From contig MU271239.1 in NCBI GenBank assembly GCA_021432655.1, positions 46,303 to 94,821 on the forward strand: 48,519 bases of DNA, in the 5' to 3' direction. Shown here piece after piece: positions 33,849 to 46,700 of the stretch. Position 1 is the stretch's first letter. The number at the start of each line of letters is the position of its first letter. Source of the DNA: Atractiella rhizophila. Taxonomy: Eukaryota. Under the pieces are notes generated by a model that was given only the letters and a program-made list of their open reading frames with translations, was not told the origin of the DNA and made no database searches. Position numbers and translations under genes: made by a program.

Positions 33849-34728
33849 TTAGAAGAGACGCTTGGGCTTGCCCATCGTCGTCTTGATATGGAGTGACTTG
33901 ACATTCTGCCAGCTGAGGATAATATGTCAGCAGGCTATCGCATAGAGAATGGCAAGTGAGGGCATACTTCTTCTTGAGCAGAGAGATGAGGAAGTTGATG
34001 GCCAACATGGTGTTGGCGACAAGCTGGTCATCATTCATCTCAACGTGGCCAATGGCGACACCAAGGCAAAGAGCCTTCTTCAACTGAAACTTAATCGTGC
34101 TCCTGACCTCCGTGACCTTGTTGCTGAGGTCGTCGGCGTGGGTGATGGGAGTAGGGAACTTTCCTGCCCTGGAAAGACCAGGACCAAGGAGACGAGGGAT
34201 TTGACGGATAAGGGCTTCTGAGGACACGAAAGCGTCGTATTTCTTGGCGAGCTTCTTGACGAGCTTCTTGTTCTTGTTCAACCTAAGCATTCAATAACGC
34301 GATCAGGTTCCAGGTTGAGGAGTGAAAGAGACGATAAACGCACTTCTTCAAATCGTCGACAGACATGTACTCAAGGTCGATTTGCTTCGCCCTATCGATA
34401 TCGGCAGCATCGGCAAGAATGCAAACGCTCATCCTTGGCCTAGGGACGTGAGGGAGCCTTCACACGATCAACCCGTCAACCCCATTCACTCTCTGATAGC
34501 GAAGGAATCTCACTTGACGGTACCAGAGAATCGCTTATCCCTCTGGGGATCGTAGTTCTTCAATCCGATCTGAAGCTCCACAGTCTCGACGAACTTCCTC
34601 TTCTTCTCTTCGGTAGCCGCGGTGAGCATCTCCTTGATGCTTCCTCGGACGGAGGCGACGCTGACTTTACTGCATTCCAAATTCCATCAAGAAAGAATGT
34701 TCGTAACGTGAGACAAGACGTACCTCAT
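33849..34728 (-). CDS. RPL1: 60S ribosomal protein L1 (uL1/L10a), multi-exon
   Basis: [72 protein letters not shown] and [15 protein letters not shown]. Confidence 0.97.
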
Positions 34729-35128
34729 TTTTTCTTACCTACAACGATACTCGACCTGAAAGTGGACGTTTCGTGGACAGGGACAAAACAAGAAACAAAA
34801 AAATAATGAAGCCACGATGTTATCAAATAAGATAAGGTTTGTAGTTTACATCTTTGTTCAATGTTAAATGTTGCAAGCAGTTGCGAGAGACAAAGGACCA
34901 CGAAGAAACGTATTTCTTGCACCTGCAATGAGCGGATGAGATGGCCAACAATCTACAGGCCTCATGAAAGAGGTTGCTGTGTCGATGTTCCATTGTGCCA
35001 GTCGGCTGTCGTAGATCCCACATTGCGTCACGTTGAAGTTAAGGGATCAACTTTTCATCCACCATCCTCTCTTCAACTTGGAAGTTTATGAAGATTTCTT
35101 GTGATCCCCCCCTCCTGTCCTGCTCATC

Positions 35129-36986
35129 ATGCCTTTATCGACGCAAGCCGTTGTGGTCTCCTCTCCCTTTGGCTCTTATCACATCTCCCAAATCCTTCTC
35201 AAGGAGGAGACGTTGAAGCCAAACGAGGTGCTCGTGAAAGTGATAGCTTCTGGGATCTGTCATTCAGACATCGTTTGCGCAGAGCAGAAGATTCCTTGGA
35301 GGTTTCCCACTGTGCTAGGACATGAAGTATGCTTCCCATCCGTCATCTTTCCTGTAGAACGATGCTCCTAAGCAAACAAGTTTGTAATGATTAGGGGGCC
35401 GGCATCGTAGAACGAGTTGGATCTAAAGTGACACGGGTGAAACAAGGCGACAAGGTGGTAACTACGTGGTTCGTCTCTCCTGGCTCCATCTCCTCATAAA
35501 GATCAGTCAGGCATGACCTTTCACTGTGACTGAAAGGTCCAGCTGCCGAACTTGTCGAAAATGTCAACAATCGCGTCCGGCTTTATGTCAACACTGGTTC
35601 CGACTCAACCTCACGGGCGAAAGGTTCGATGGAGGGACAATGTACGAACACGATGGAAAGGAGTGCTACGCTTCTTTACTCGGACAGGTTCTCCTCTCCG
35701 AATCCTCGCTTGCGGTTCATCACAATGACTGACTTTGATCGTATTGCACACATTTCAGGGGAGCTTCGGGAGACATATGATGGTCCATGAATCTTCCGTT
35801 CGTCCCCTCTCTTCCACAGTATGATTAAACCTCTTTCTGACATCAGTGGCACTGCAGTGTATCCCTGTTCCACCTTCGCTTTCGGATGCAGAGCTGGCGC
35901 AACTTGCGCCTTACGGGTGCGGACTAATGACCGTGTGTTTCCCTCTCTTCTCCCATCATTCCAACGCAAGAATGATATAGGGAGCGGGTACTATCCTCAA
36001 CTACTTCAAGCCTCGACTCGGCGATACGCTCGCGATTTGGGGAATGGGAGCGGTAGGAATGGCGGGGTTGATGGTGGCGAAAGTGAGGCTACTTCCCATC
36101 CACAACGGTAACTTTGCTAATCGCCAAAACATCTTCGGCAGTTAGCACCATACAGCAAGATCATCGCTCTGGACGTCGTCGACGATCGTTTGAAACTAGC
36201 TTCGTGCGTTCCTCCTGCCTGCTCTCCCCCTCGCATTGATTGATTGCCCACTGATCGGCCTCCCTGTTTGTCTGCAGAGAGCTCGGCGCGACGCATGTCA
36301 TCAACTCTCGTACTTGTGACGCTGTGCAAGCGATCCGGGACCTGACTGGAGGGAATGGGGTGGATTGGAGTATGGAAGCGACCGGCATTCCTTCTGGCAA
36401 GCCTCCCCGCCTGCCCTTCCTCTCTCTCGCTTTCCCTTCCCCTTTGCGCATACTGGGAATATTCACGGTTGGGATGGTATGATCGGCGTACAGTCGTCAA
36501 GCAAGCGTACGAGGCTCTGGATAAGGGAGGTGTCTTAGGATCTGTGGGCATTCCCCCTGCCGGTTCGGAGCTCAAGATCGACAGTGCGTCGCCCATCTTC
36601 TCTCGGTTGGTGATGATGCGTTCTATCGTGTAGTTTGGAACCACATCAATGATTCCAAGACCTTTCTCGGATGCGTGGAAGGAGACTGCGTCCCTGAAAC
36701 TTTCATTCCATTCCTAATCGAATTAGCACAACAAGGTTCGTCGTACTCCTTTCTACCCATTCCTTGCTGCATGTATTCATGGTGACCTTGACAATGTGTG
36801 ACGGCGCGTGAGATAGGCAAGTTTCCGGCAGAGAAGCTAGTTAAGACGTATAACTTCTCAGAGATCGAACGCGCGATTGAAGACATGAAGCAGAGGAGGA
36901 CTATTAAGCCGTCCGTGAGTCTTTCTCTTCGTTCACACTCAAAGTCCGAGAGCTTGAACGACGTGAGGAAAGTGGTTTGGGATTGA
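35129..36986 (+). CDS. Zn-dependent medium-chain (aryl-)alcohol dehydrogenase, multi-exon; last exon boundary uncertain
   Basis: Motifs GICHSD, LGHE|GAG, structural-Zn C-x2-C-x2-C-x7-C, APYGCG, the Rossmann motif GMGAVGM and EATG. Confidence 0.9.
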
Positions 36987-38396
36987 CCGCGAACGCGAGG
37001 TCGAGTAGAGCATAAGGCAAGTTTTAAGGAGTGAGGACGCACAATCTACCTATGATTCCGTCTACATTGTAAAGTGCATGATCAAAGCATCAAAGACGCG
37101 TCGTGCAATGCTCCTTTGGAGAAAAAGAGGCCCTAGAGAAGGGTGTCCTGGGGGACATGATATCATGAAAGCGCGTGTGCTCAAACTCCAACTTTCCTGT
37201 TCGTTTTCAAGTTAAATACTCCGTTGAATGCTTGAGAACCTGATGTCAGATAACATAAGACATGCGATGACAGCGCAGTGAAAGCTATAATAGCAGGCAA
37301 TCGGAATGTCTGGCCGTTGCACTGTTCTCATAATCCAGCATACTCTTGTCGGTTTTGCTTGATGTTTTTTGATGACCTCATTTCTTTCTCTGTCCAGCGA
37401 TCGACAAGGATATCGATCATGGCAAAGACAATGAGGTGAGCAGAGTAGTGCAAGCCTCAGAACCTGTGGCGACGGCAATAGAGGATGTTCGTGGATGGTT
37501 GTGGATGCTCTGGGATGTTGGAGAGTCGCTTATCTTCCTCATCGAGCAGTTTAGTAGTGTAATTCGTTGTAGCCGTTTCACAAGTTTGGGATCGAGGCAC
37601 GGACTGGGTCATTGATCGTGGCCCGATGTTGAGGAAGCTTCTGAAGAAGAGATTGACTTCTGGATTGAATTGGAGTGGTTTGCATGGCGTTTGTTTGTCA
37701 CCTGACTGCAGAAGTATATCAACCTTTTTTATTCCTCCGAAAGAACGGAACAGAGCTTCTTCCTCAGAATTCTCACTCTATCCTTACTCTATTCTCTATT
37801 CTCTGTTCTTCTCCATCTATGCGCACTCTCTGCTCTGCCCCAGCGTTATTGCATATACCTTGCTCCATTATCTATGTTAGGAGGCTGCTACTTCACGGAA
37901 ACTCGCACAAGACTGGTTTATAACATCTTGGTGCACGAGCATCCACCACAATGAGGTAATAGCAGGCTAATCAGTGCCACGCTTCCAAGGTTCGTAACAT
38001 AACTTGTTCTAGTTTCAGAGTCAATTCATACCACTCGATCAATAACTCGTAATTTCATTCCAGCGCCACCGCTTATAAGCTCTCTTTTCATCTGGATCAT
38101 CCCGTTTCTCACTGTCTATCTCGCCCTTCAATCTCGCGTCTGCACCCTTCGTTAATCTTTCAATTTTCACCCATCTCAGCTTGGGCTTTTTCTGCTTCAT
38201 TTGCGTCCTCCTGTATCCTTTCTGCATCCTTTCGAGGTTGAAATTTTGTAATTTGAACGTTGGAAAGATTAAAACTTTCAACGGTATTTGTGAGTGCACT
38301 GGTATGATCCCTTCAAGTTCACCACTCACGACTTGCCAGGAAACGTGCTCCAAACTTGAGAAATTTCCAGGGAAATCTCGAGATACATCCTGCGAC

Positions 38397-40781
38397 ATGG
38401 CCAAAAGAGAAAATCCGAACCATGTCAAACGTTCCACCTCGAATTCTGAGGACACGCCTGCTCCCGTCAACTCCAAGATGGTACATATGAACACTATGGC
38501 GAAGTGTCCAGCTTCTGTGGCGACACAAGCTCCCCCTCCTCCTCCTCAGTTTCAGGCAATCATGCAAATGTGTGTCTCCCATTAACGCAACGCTTTCAAC
38601 GCATCGTGAGGCATGAGTTCTGAATTTGGCATAGTCATCCCATCTTTTCTCATCCAACCACTGCTCCGGCTGTTCCGTTGGGCTCTCTTACGATGAATGG
38701 CAACCCCAACATCAATCAAAACTTCATGCCTCTGGACAACGCTCAACCTGGTTCGTATTCATCACACTTCTCGGCCAAAAGAAAATTGATTTCGTGTGAC
38801 AGGAAGGGGAGTTATGCCTCCGCCAATCCCACCTATGGGATTCATGCATCAACCTCCTCCACCACAAGGTTTCATCCACAAATCGCCCAAACGGGATCCA
38901 TACTTCAAGTTAGTGTCCCCTTTCCTTTTACTCCAACACTTGCCCGTAGTTTCAACCTCCAAAACTGACAATCGACGGGATGATGACAGTCCAGAAGGAG
39001 TATCCAATATCTACATCCGTCCCCTCCATCCTGCAGTGACAGATCAACTCTTGGCCGAGATCTGTGCCCCCTTCGGAAGGATCAAGAGCGTGAAGGCGAT
39101 TTTGGAGGATGACATTGCAGAGGCATTCATCGATCCTTGGAGTGGAAGGAAGAGAGGAGCACAGATCGACGTCTCCGAATGGGGTTCAAGGAAGTGTAAA
39201 GGTTCGTCCTTCGAATCTGCCATGCGGATGATCGGATTTGGAGATGTTGTATGCGATAGGTTACGGATTTTGTTGTTTTGAAACAAAAGAGGAGGCGGAA
39301 AGAGCGATCGGAGGATTGATGGCGAAGGGATTCGAGGCTATGTTCGCTAGGGTTCGTCATTCGCCTCGCCCCTCCTTTGATTTACCAAAATGCTGGTGCA
39401 GGAGAGTATGACTATCAAATTGCGCAAGCTGAGCGACGACGATTCGACAAATCTCTATCTCCAAAGTTTGTCTCTCTTTTTATCCTCTTTTCCATTGAGT
39501 GATGGATTTTGGAAAAAATTAGATCCCGCTTGACTGGACAGAGAAGGATCTGAAAGCCCTCTTCCTACCTGCACCTGTACGATCAGTCCGAATCATGCGA
39601 ACCTCGGATGGTCCTCCCCCTCCTGATTCCAAAGCGAGGCAGAGCGGTTCAAGGCCTAGTACGGAGGGACCCAGTAAAGGTGTAGGGTTTGCCAGGTCGT
39701 CTTTCTTCCTTCCTCCTACCGTACCAAAACAGAGTTGACAATGAATCGTGTACATTGAATAGGTTGTACGATCGGGCTTCTGCTCTTGACGCGATTGGGA
39801 GGTTAAGGGGTAAGACGTTAGATGGGAGCGTCGCGCCTTTGCAGATCAGATTTGCGGATACGGAACCCCAGAAGATATTGAAAGCTTCTACGAAGCTTCC
39901 TAGGTCTACTTCGTATGGGGCTAGTCGTCCAGTCACCGGCCAAGGAAGTTCGAGGAAATCTCAGTTGCTGGAGATGGGGGGGAGGACGAGAGCGCCTAGC
40001 ATGCCAGCGGTTCTTTTTTCGAATGGAGGCATGGGGAGCACGTGAGTTCTGGTTTCCTTCACCAAAAGTAGGTTGCTGATACGGATTGGGTAAACGAAGA
40101 CCATCATTCCACCAGGTCATGCCCAACTTCTTACCTCCCATGACCACTGTCCCCATTCCAATGCCTATGCCACCGCCCCTACCCATAAACGACTTCTTCG
40201 CTCACACTCCAGGGCATCCCTTCAACCATGCCATCCTCCATCCGGCACAATTCTCTCTTCCTCCCCCTTCCGCGTCAGTAACTATCACATCTCATCCGCA
40301 TCCCGTTCGTCAGTTACACCCGCCGCCCAACAACGATCCTCATCCTGCCGTGTCTGAGCATGACCCTCCCTCTCCCAATCTCACCGCGCTCTCATTCGGT
40401 CTGACGAGCACGACCTTGATCGACACGCAAAGATCTATGAGCTCCAATCCATCCGACGGTAGCTTTGGTACCGGCACGGTGGAAACGTCGCCCAATTCGA
40501 GCTTTACCAGTTGTGGGGATCGATTTGAGGATGATCGTGAGGACGTGCAGACGACGGCCACCTCTTCCCCAGAGAAGAGCCCTTATGTCTACAAGAGGAA
40601 CTTCGAGGGAACTCGGAAGATGTTCTTCTCCCCCAACCCTGATTTTGGTGGCACGGAGAGGGAGGAGGGGGAAGAAACTATTGTCAGACCTAAGAGCGCT
40701 CCGCAGGAGGGTAGGAGCGCTGGATTGGTAGGATTGGGATTCGATTTCGGAGAAGGGAGTTTGAGGGATGAGACGGAGTGA
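38397..40781 (+). CDS. RNA-binding protein with two RRMs (RBMS/Alan-shepard-like), multi-exon
   Basis: RRM1 has SNIYIRPL...KSVKAI...CKGYGFCCF. RRM2 has STNLYL...SKGVGFAR...PLQIRFAD. Pro/His/Ser-rich flanks. Confidence 0.85.
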
Positions 40782-41578
40782 TACGAGCTTTCAACGTTTG
40801 AACGGTTGTCTAGTTGAGGTATCTTATTTGCAGTTTGGCGGTTCATCTGATATTTCTTAAAATATTCTTAAAAGCAAGTCGCAAAAAATTCTGTGCTGTG
40901 ATCTCTTAGTTGTTTTCGGTCTTCAATTTCGGTTCACGCTTCCTAAGCTTTCAAGTGGTTGTAAATGGTTGATCACCGTTTTCTTTGTCTTCCTGCTCTT
41001 TACTACTCTTCCATTGAGATTATCTATGACTTGATTTCGGTATCTATGCTCTATGTACCTACGTTTCTTCCTTTGACCCAAAAGATCTCTTTCTTCTATT
41101 TCATGTCCTTGACTTCATTGCTTTGTCTTCTATCTAACGTTATGACTAGTAAGTGTTGCTTCGATCTTTCACGCCTTCATTGCTGTTGCTGTACGAGTTA
41201 TCTCGTCTTTTGCTTTCAGTCAGTGTCGATTTGTGTTGTCTGCCACCAACCCAACCCAACCCACCCACCAATCCCACCTCATCTCCACTGACACCTCCCA
41301 CAATTTCGTGTCCCAAGTTCCCTGTCCTCTTGCATATGTTGCTGGCTCCCAGTGTATCAATCGATTCGAAATTGTCCTGTCATGTTCGTGTAGATGCTAG
41401 CTTACCCACCGGCAGTTGATGAAATGCATGAACTAGTTAGCATCGTCTCCATCCGCAGTTTGAGTTATCGTGGACGCTTTACTTATTTATTTCGTTTTAG
41501 TTTCCAGCCAATTCGCTTCTACGATGACTGTTCTCGACGTTGCAGCATGAAATTGGGAGCACATGAGCTTGATACTAG

Positions 41579-42221
41579 TCAATTTGTCTTCGGTACAAAG
41601 ACGAGTGAAGCAGCTTTGCAGCCGGACAGTGCTCCGGTACCCTCTTCCTCGTACAAGACGAAGATGCTGTTGTCGGAGCACCCATAAAGATTGGAAATCC
41701 CGACCGCTCCAGTGTCAGCATCGAAGTTGTAAAATGAGCTGAAAAGATCGGCAATCAATCCATCGACGGGTCCATTGTCCGTCAGGAAGAGTCCATTGGA
41801 GAGCGACGAAACGATGGGGAGAGTGACCCTGTTTTGGTTGAATGTTCAGAACTCTCAATAAATCAAAGAAGGAAAGCTTACTCCGCCATGTTGCTGCTCC
41901 CGAAGGACGTTGGAGTAACTTGTAGGTAAACCTCGGATGGAGAAGGTGTATCGCTGATGAGTCTCATCTGACTGGTTACGCTGTCGTTGTTGACTTGATC
42001 CTGGAGCCATTTTTCGCTTCCGTCTTCGAAAACGAACTTGAGACAGCCTTTCGTCCCACTGGCGATGGCTGTCATGCGCACCATCAGAAACTGCGAGGAT
42101 GCACGGAGGGACGCAAACCTCTCTTATTCGTAGCCTTGTGCTTCGCAACTGTCGTAAAAGAGGCTGACGAGACAGTCGCCAAAACGAGAGTGCAAACGAC
42201 GGAAATGAGTGTAGACTTCAT
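41579..42221 (-). CDS. Small secreted protein, 179 aa, with signal peptide and KR pro-peptide site (3 exons)
   Basis: Exons 42221-42119, 42068-41882 and 41828-41579 join in frame through two GT-AG introns (540 nt). The protein reads MKSTLISVVCTLVLATVSSA...NKR|AIASG...LYGCSD...GCKAASLVFVPKTN. Confidence 0.8.
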
Positions 42222-43237
42222 GTCAGGTGTCAGGTACAGAAATTTGGCGAGAAAGAGTGGGACAGTGGCCTATTTATGTGTTGTGCAAGAGGAGTCTGCT
42301 TGGTAACTGAGGGAAAGCCGAAAGCCGACTAAGCTGAGGCGCAACGAGGGAATGAAAGTCGGGATGTCGGACTGGGACTGGCTCAGCTAACGCAGGACCT
42401 ACGGCAGTCACCAATCAACTCCACAAAGTACGCAAAAGTGGTATAAGTCCTTATCGAAATGCGCTGTTCTAGTTCCGTGAAGGGGTGTGGCAGGTACAAG
42501 TCCGGAGCCGACGAGACCGTCAAGATGTGTTATCACATAAGCAGAACTGTTAATCAGTACTCAAAAGTTATAATGTGAGTGAAGTTAGGGAACGTAGATG
42601 GAATCGGAATAATGATCTACATACACAGCGGCAATCTTGTTTGAGCCATCCTGTGTCTGATCACGTGAGATATCTCGTGCAACTATTATCGAAGTTCTTG
42701 CGCACTGTCCCATAGCACTCTAGATATCACTCGGGGGCAGTTGAAAGGGGAAGGTGAAGTAAAGATGTAATCAACCTTTTAGAGTTGGGCTTGCAATTGA
42801 CTGAAATGCGCTCTTGCGGATGTTTCCACTTTCCCTTTGTTTCTTCTTATGCTCGAAACAAGATAGGGGAGGAACTTCAAGGTATTATACCTCTTCCCTA
42901 ATATGATTTCATCCTATTCTTGCAGCGAATTCAGCAATTTGCTTGCATCTGTTAGTGCAGGCCGTGGATGTCTAAAAGTACGGACGGTTGCTCCATCCCC
43001 TCCCGTCAGTCCCACGTCAGCTGGATACAAACAGCTATAAGCAGGCGAGTCAGATGGTGACGCATTCCCTTGTGCAAAAATGCAAAAATGAGAGTTCGGC
43101 CCATTACTATTCCGCTTTTGAGTCAAATAGTGAAAAATATAAAACGGGGGACCTCTGGGACGAACGACAAGAGGAAAGAGCGTCGCTCTTGTTCCTTCTC
43201 CTTCTCTCCCTCCTCTGGCTTTCACCACTCCAACCTC

Positions 43238-43600
43238 ATGAGTGTGACTGACAGTCAGAGCTCGACGAGGGGAAATGCGCAGCAGGACTTGAGACGACAG
43301 GTCCTGCGAGCTCGGCAACAACCGCAGGGTCAGACTCCTTCTGCACATAATGAATCCGATCCTTCTCTAGGAGGCAGAGGTAGAGCTCCTAACAATGCCT
43401 CTTTGCCCTCTTTGGACAGCATAAGGGTCGAAAGTCAGCCTGGCTCCAGCCGCGGTTCGCCAACCATTCAGCCCAGTGTGAATGGGGTGGGAACGACAAG
43501 CAGCCATGAACCAGGAGGAGAGGAAGCTCCGACTTCTAGAAGAGTTGTGGAAGATATGTATCATAGACGAGACTGTCAATGCAAATGCGAGGTCTCGTAG
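43238..43600 (+). CDS. Hypothetical small disordered protein; 3' end possibly spliced
   Basis: A TATAAAA near 43138 and a CT-rich leader precede the ATG at 43238. The ~120-codon S/G/Q/P-rich ORF has no recognisable domain. Confidence 0.35.
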   Translation: MSVTDSQSSTRGNAQQDLRRQVLRARQQPQGQTPSAHNESDPSLGGRGRAPNNASLPSLDSIRVESQPGSSRGSPTIQPSVNGVGTTSSHEPGGEEAPTSRRVVEDMYHRRDCQCKCEVS

Positions 43601-44738
43601 TTCGTTGTACGATGTCATGAACGATATCAGGTGACGTTTTGCGCTAGTCTTGCAGGCCCTTTTAATTCATGATAGGGGTTAGTTTGTGTGAATTGGTCAC
43701 TTTCATTCTTCTCTCCTTACAGCAACGCAATGTTACGACATCTCGACAATCTCTCTCACTTCTCAATTACATTTTTCAAGCTGCACACATCAAACGTGTT
43801 CTGTATCAATTCGAACTTGAATGTTTCACATTTGTATTATTAGCGACCATTGTATTACCAACCCCAAGAAGAACTCAAGGTTCGCAAACGCTTGTCATCA
43901 ACAATCCACTCAATTTAGTTGTCTGTTTTGTACCGTAGTCAATGTGTATAGATTTTATTAGTTTTGTCATTTGTAGATGTTTCAAATAGTTCATACACTG
44001 CTCGTGCCAATTTTTGTTGCTGTTCAGATTCAGAATTCAACCATATGAGCTCTCAGAAGGAGAAATATAATAAAAATGCAACCCAGAAGAGCAAAAAGAA
44101 GTGGCGAAGATATCTGCCATACAGTGGTCCTAAGATGGCATAAGAGGCTGCAAATAAGTTTATGTGGTCCAAGTTTCTCCAAGCCAACGATTTGCTCACT
44201 AGCTGCCGTAAACTTAACAGCACAGTATCAGCCTACGATAAACGATAGAAAGGAATTCCAAACAAATGGCTGTGAAGCCACCACAATCTCACTTTCACGG
44301 CGTTGACAGGCCACTTGCGAGAACGCAACACAGATGAACAAAGTTGCGATGTATCTCTCGTGAATGAATTCACCTCGCTGAAGAATGCTAGCTCATCCTT
44401 TTCATGAACCTTCGTTGGAAGAGAGATTGTCAGAAAGAAGGAAGGTAGGTCCCTCTGAAGCAGAAAATAGGAGAAAAAAAATGTAAAGGCTCACTACCGA
44501 TGCCTTCCCATGACCGCAAAGCAACAACATCTTCCAGAGCATACTCCATTCACATAAAACAATTTCTCCATCGTGGTTCTTTGAGTCACGTGGATAGAAA
44601 GGCCACCCTGGTGTTGTGCCATGTGTCACACAGGAGGACGCGGTTTTGTTCAGGGCAGGGACGAGCACAACACCCACTTTCATTTCCAAGCCATCGCGCA
44701 GGACCCCAACGATGCTATTCAGCAACTCTCATGGTCAG

Positions 44739-46700
44739 TGTAGGGAAGAGGACCTACGAGTTGCAGGAGAAGGAGACAGCACGAGAGGGAGCGAGCAAAG
44801 CGTGGAGCTAGGAAGAGTAAGAGGCGAAGGAGCTCGTGGGCAGCCAAGGAGAAGAAACCCTCAAACTTCTGGAGAAGGTTGAGCCCTCGCTCCTCTCTTA
44901 GCATACGCCTTCGTATCTACTTAAGGTAGAACCCCAGTCTCCTCTCTACCCCCTTCATCATACGCTCTCCCAGTCGCAGCTAAAGCTCCTCAGCCTCCAC
45001 TGTGAACCTAAATCCGTTCTTGACTCCGACCGTAAGGTTTTGTTTCAATTGTAGTCGTTAGGATGTTCACATCTCGCAACCCTTCCCTCTGCTTACGATT
45101 GGAGTTGATTGTACGGGAAGAACTAGAATAGGCGAAACAGTGGTGGTGCATACTGCCGGCAGAGCAGCGGAGGGGAGAACCGCAGTTAGAGGAATAGGTA
45201 GTGGTTGAAGAACGGAAAGAAAAGGAATCAAAAGGGTAGTCCCCAGAAGAACCGGAATCGATCTCGTCGTAACTACGCTCGTCGCCATGCTCCCCAGTGT
45301 AGATTGTACCTTCTCAAACGTCGCAGCTCCCGCCGCCGCAACCTTCCTCATCCCCAGTAAAGCGGAAGCGCCCCTCGATGCGTGGTATTGCCAGTCGCTG
45401 TTCCTCCCCTACTCCACGCTGCCGCGCCTGCATGAGGAGAGAGATAGAAGAGCGGGTCGCCCACCTAGTTGTAGGTACGGGTAGGGTAGGTTAGGGTCTA
45501 GATTAGGTCCAGGAGGTCCAGGCTTCGAGAGTAGTCGGTAAGGGTCCGGGTTGCCCAGGTAGAGCTTCGGAAGAACGGGGGAGGGTAGAAGTGAGTCCGA
45601 GAATAGCTTGTTAGGCTCGGGAAGTGGTAGAGGTCTCTGCAGTAATTCAGGTAGGTTCTCTGACAATAGAGGTATGAGGGGAGGGGAGGAGCGTCTTTGT
45701 CTTCGCAGTGCAGGGTTGAGCTGTAGGTAGAGCAGGAGTAGGGGAAGTGGTAGGAAGAAGGGGCCGTCCAGCATAAGCAGAGGGTCAGGTTCCAGGTTGG
45801 GTAGCGGCATTGGCATCAGGACTCTCGGCTAAGGAAGCTACCTTAGTTTGTACAGGTATGGCATACGCATACACAGTAGGTAGTCTGACCGGAGCTCTGG
45901 CCACCTGCCCTCTCACTACAGAAGAAGCAAGCGGCACGGGCGTTGAAAGAAGAAGAAGACAGGAACCCGTCGAACTTCAAGTAGGGACTATCCGTCTCAA
46001 TCGCTCGGCATGCAACTCCTTTTGTCTTTTCTTTTTATTTCTCACGGTCGCAGTGTCCTGGGAACAACAGACTCTTTTACGATAGCCTATCATGCTCCCA
46101 TATCAGCCCGTATCTAAAAGGTGTGGTTTACAAAAGTAACGGTAACCTGTTTTTTCTTTTCGTTACAATGTGTATACTGATGTAGTTACAGTTAGGTGTT
46201 TTTTTTACGTTTCCAATCTCCTTAGATTTCCGTGGGAGATACTTTCGGTGCGTCCTGATAGCCCAAGGTTGTGTGGTTAGCTTTCATTTGCCTCTTGAGT
46301 GAGTTTGGGAGGGACGGTAAGGGTTAGGTTTAGGGTTCGCGGAGGAAGTAAGGAGGAGCACTATCGAGAAAACAGGCGAGAGAGGAGAGGAAGGAGGTAC
46401 AGGTGAAAAGGTGGGGGAAACAAGCAGTAAGGGTTCTTGTGCGGGAAATAGGAAACGTTGCGTAGTGGTGTCAGTAGCATCTCTATGAAACGGAAGGAGC
46501 TTATGTGCGCATGGTGCGGGTTGTTTTCGACGGGCCTGTGTGCGTCGCTTCCGTTAAGCAAGACCCCGCCGAGATCCTACCTCCCATACCAGCAACCATA
46601 CCTTTCTGACTCTTTCCGCCGAAACCTCTCAAACCTCCTCTCTACCCTGCGCTCGGTCTAAAACCTCTCCCCGCTCAACCTCCTCGCCCTCCTCTCCTCT
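44739..46700. pseudogene. Degenerate, stop-riddled segment (decayed gene or repeat/TE relic); boundaries approximate
   Basis: Coding-like composition with frequent stops in most frames and a strong TAG/CTA excess. It abuts an assembly gap. I recognised no TE protein motif. Confidence 0.4.

Noticed and set aside
33433..34290. 285-aa ORF suggesting a C-terminally extended ribosomal protein L1
   Set aside because: It reads through an intron into another frame. The spliced gene ends normally at KPKRLF-TAA (33849).
41243..41300. CCAAC/CCAC-rich run
   Set aside because: Simple low-complexity sequence between convergent 3' ends.
44739..46200. LTR or TIR boundaries (TGTAGG... start; GTAAC/GTTAC near 46136-46190)
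   Set aside because: I found no paired terminal repeat, target-site duplication or transposase/RT motif.
46316..46337. Telomere-like GGTAAGGGTTAGGTTTAGGGTT (a similar stretch lies near 45481)
   Set aside because: Only 2-3 imperfect units inside a generally TAG/G-rich segment, so not a convincing interstitial telomere.
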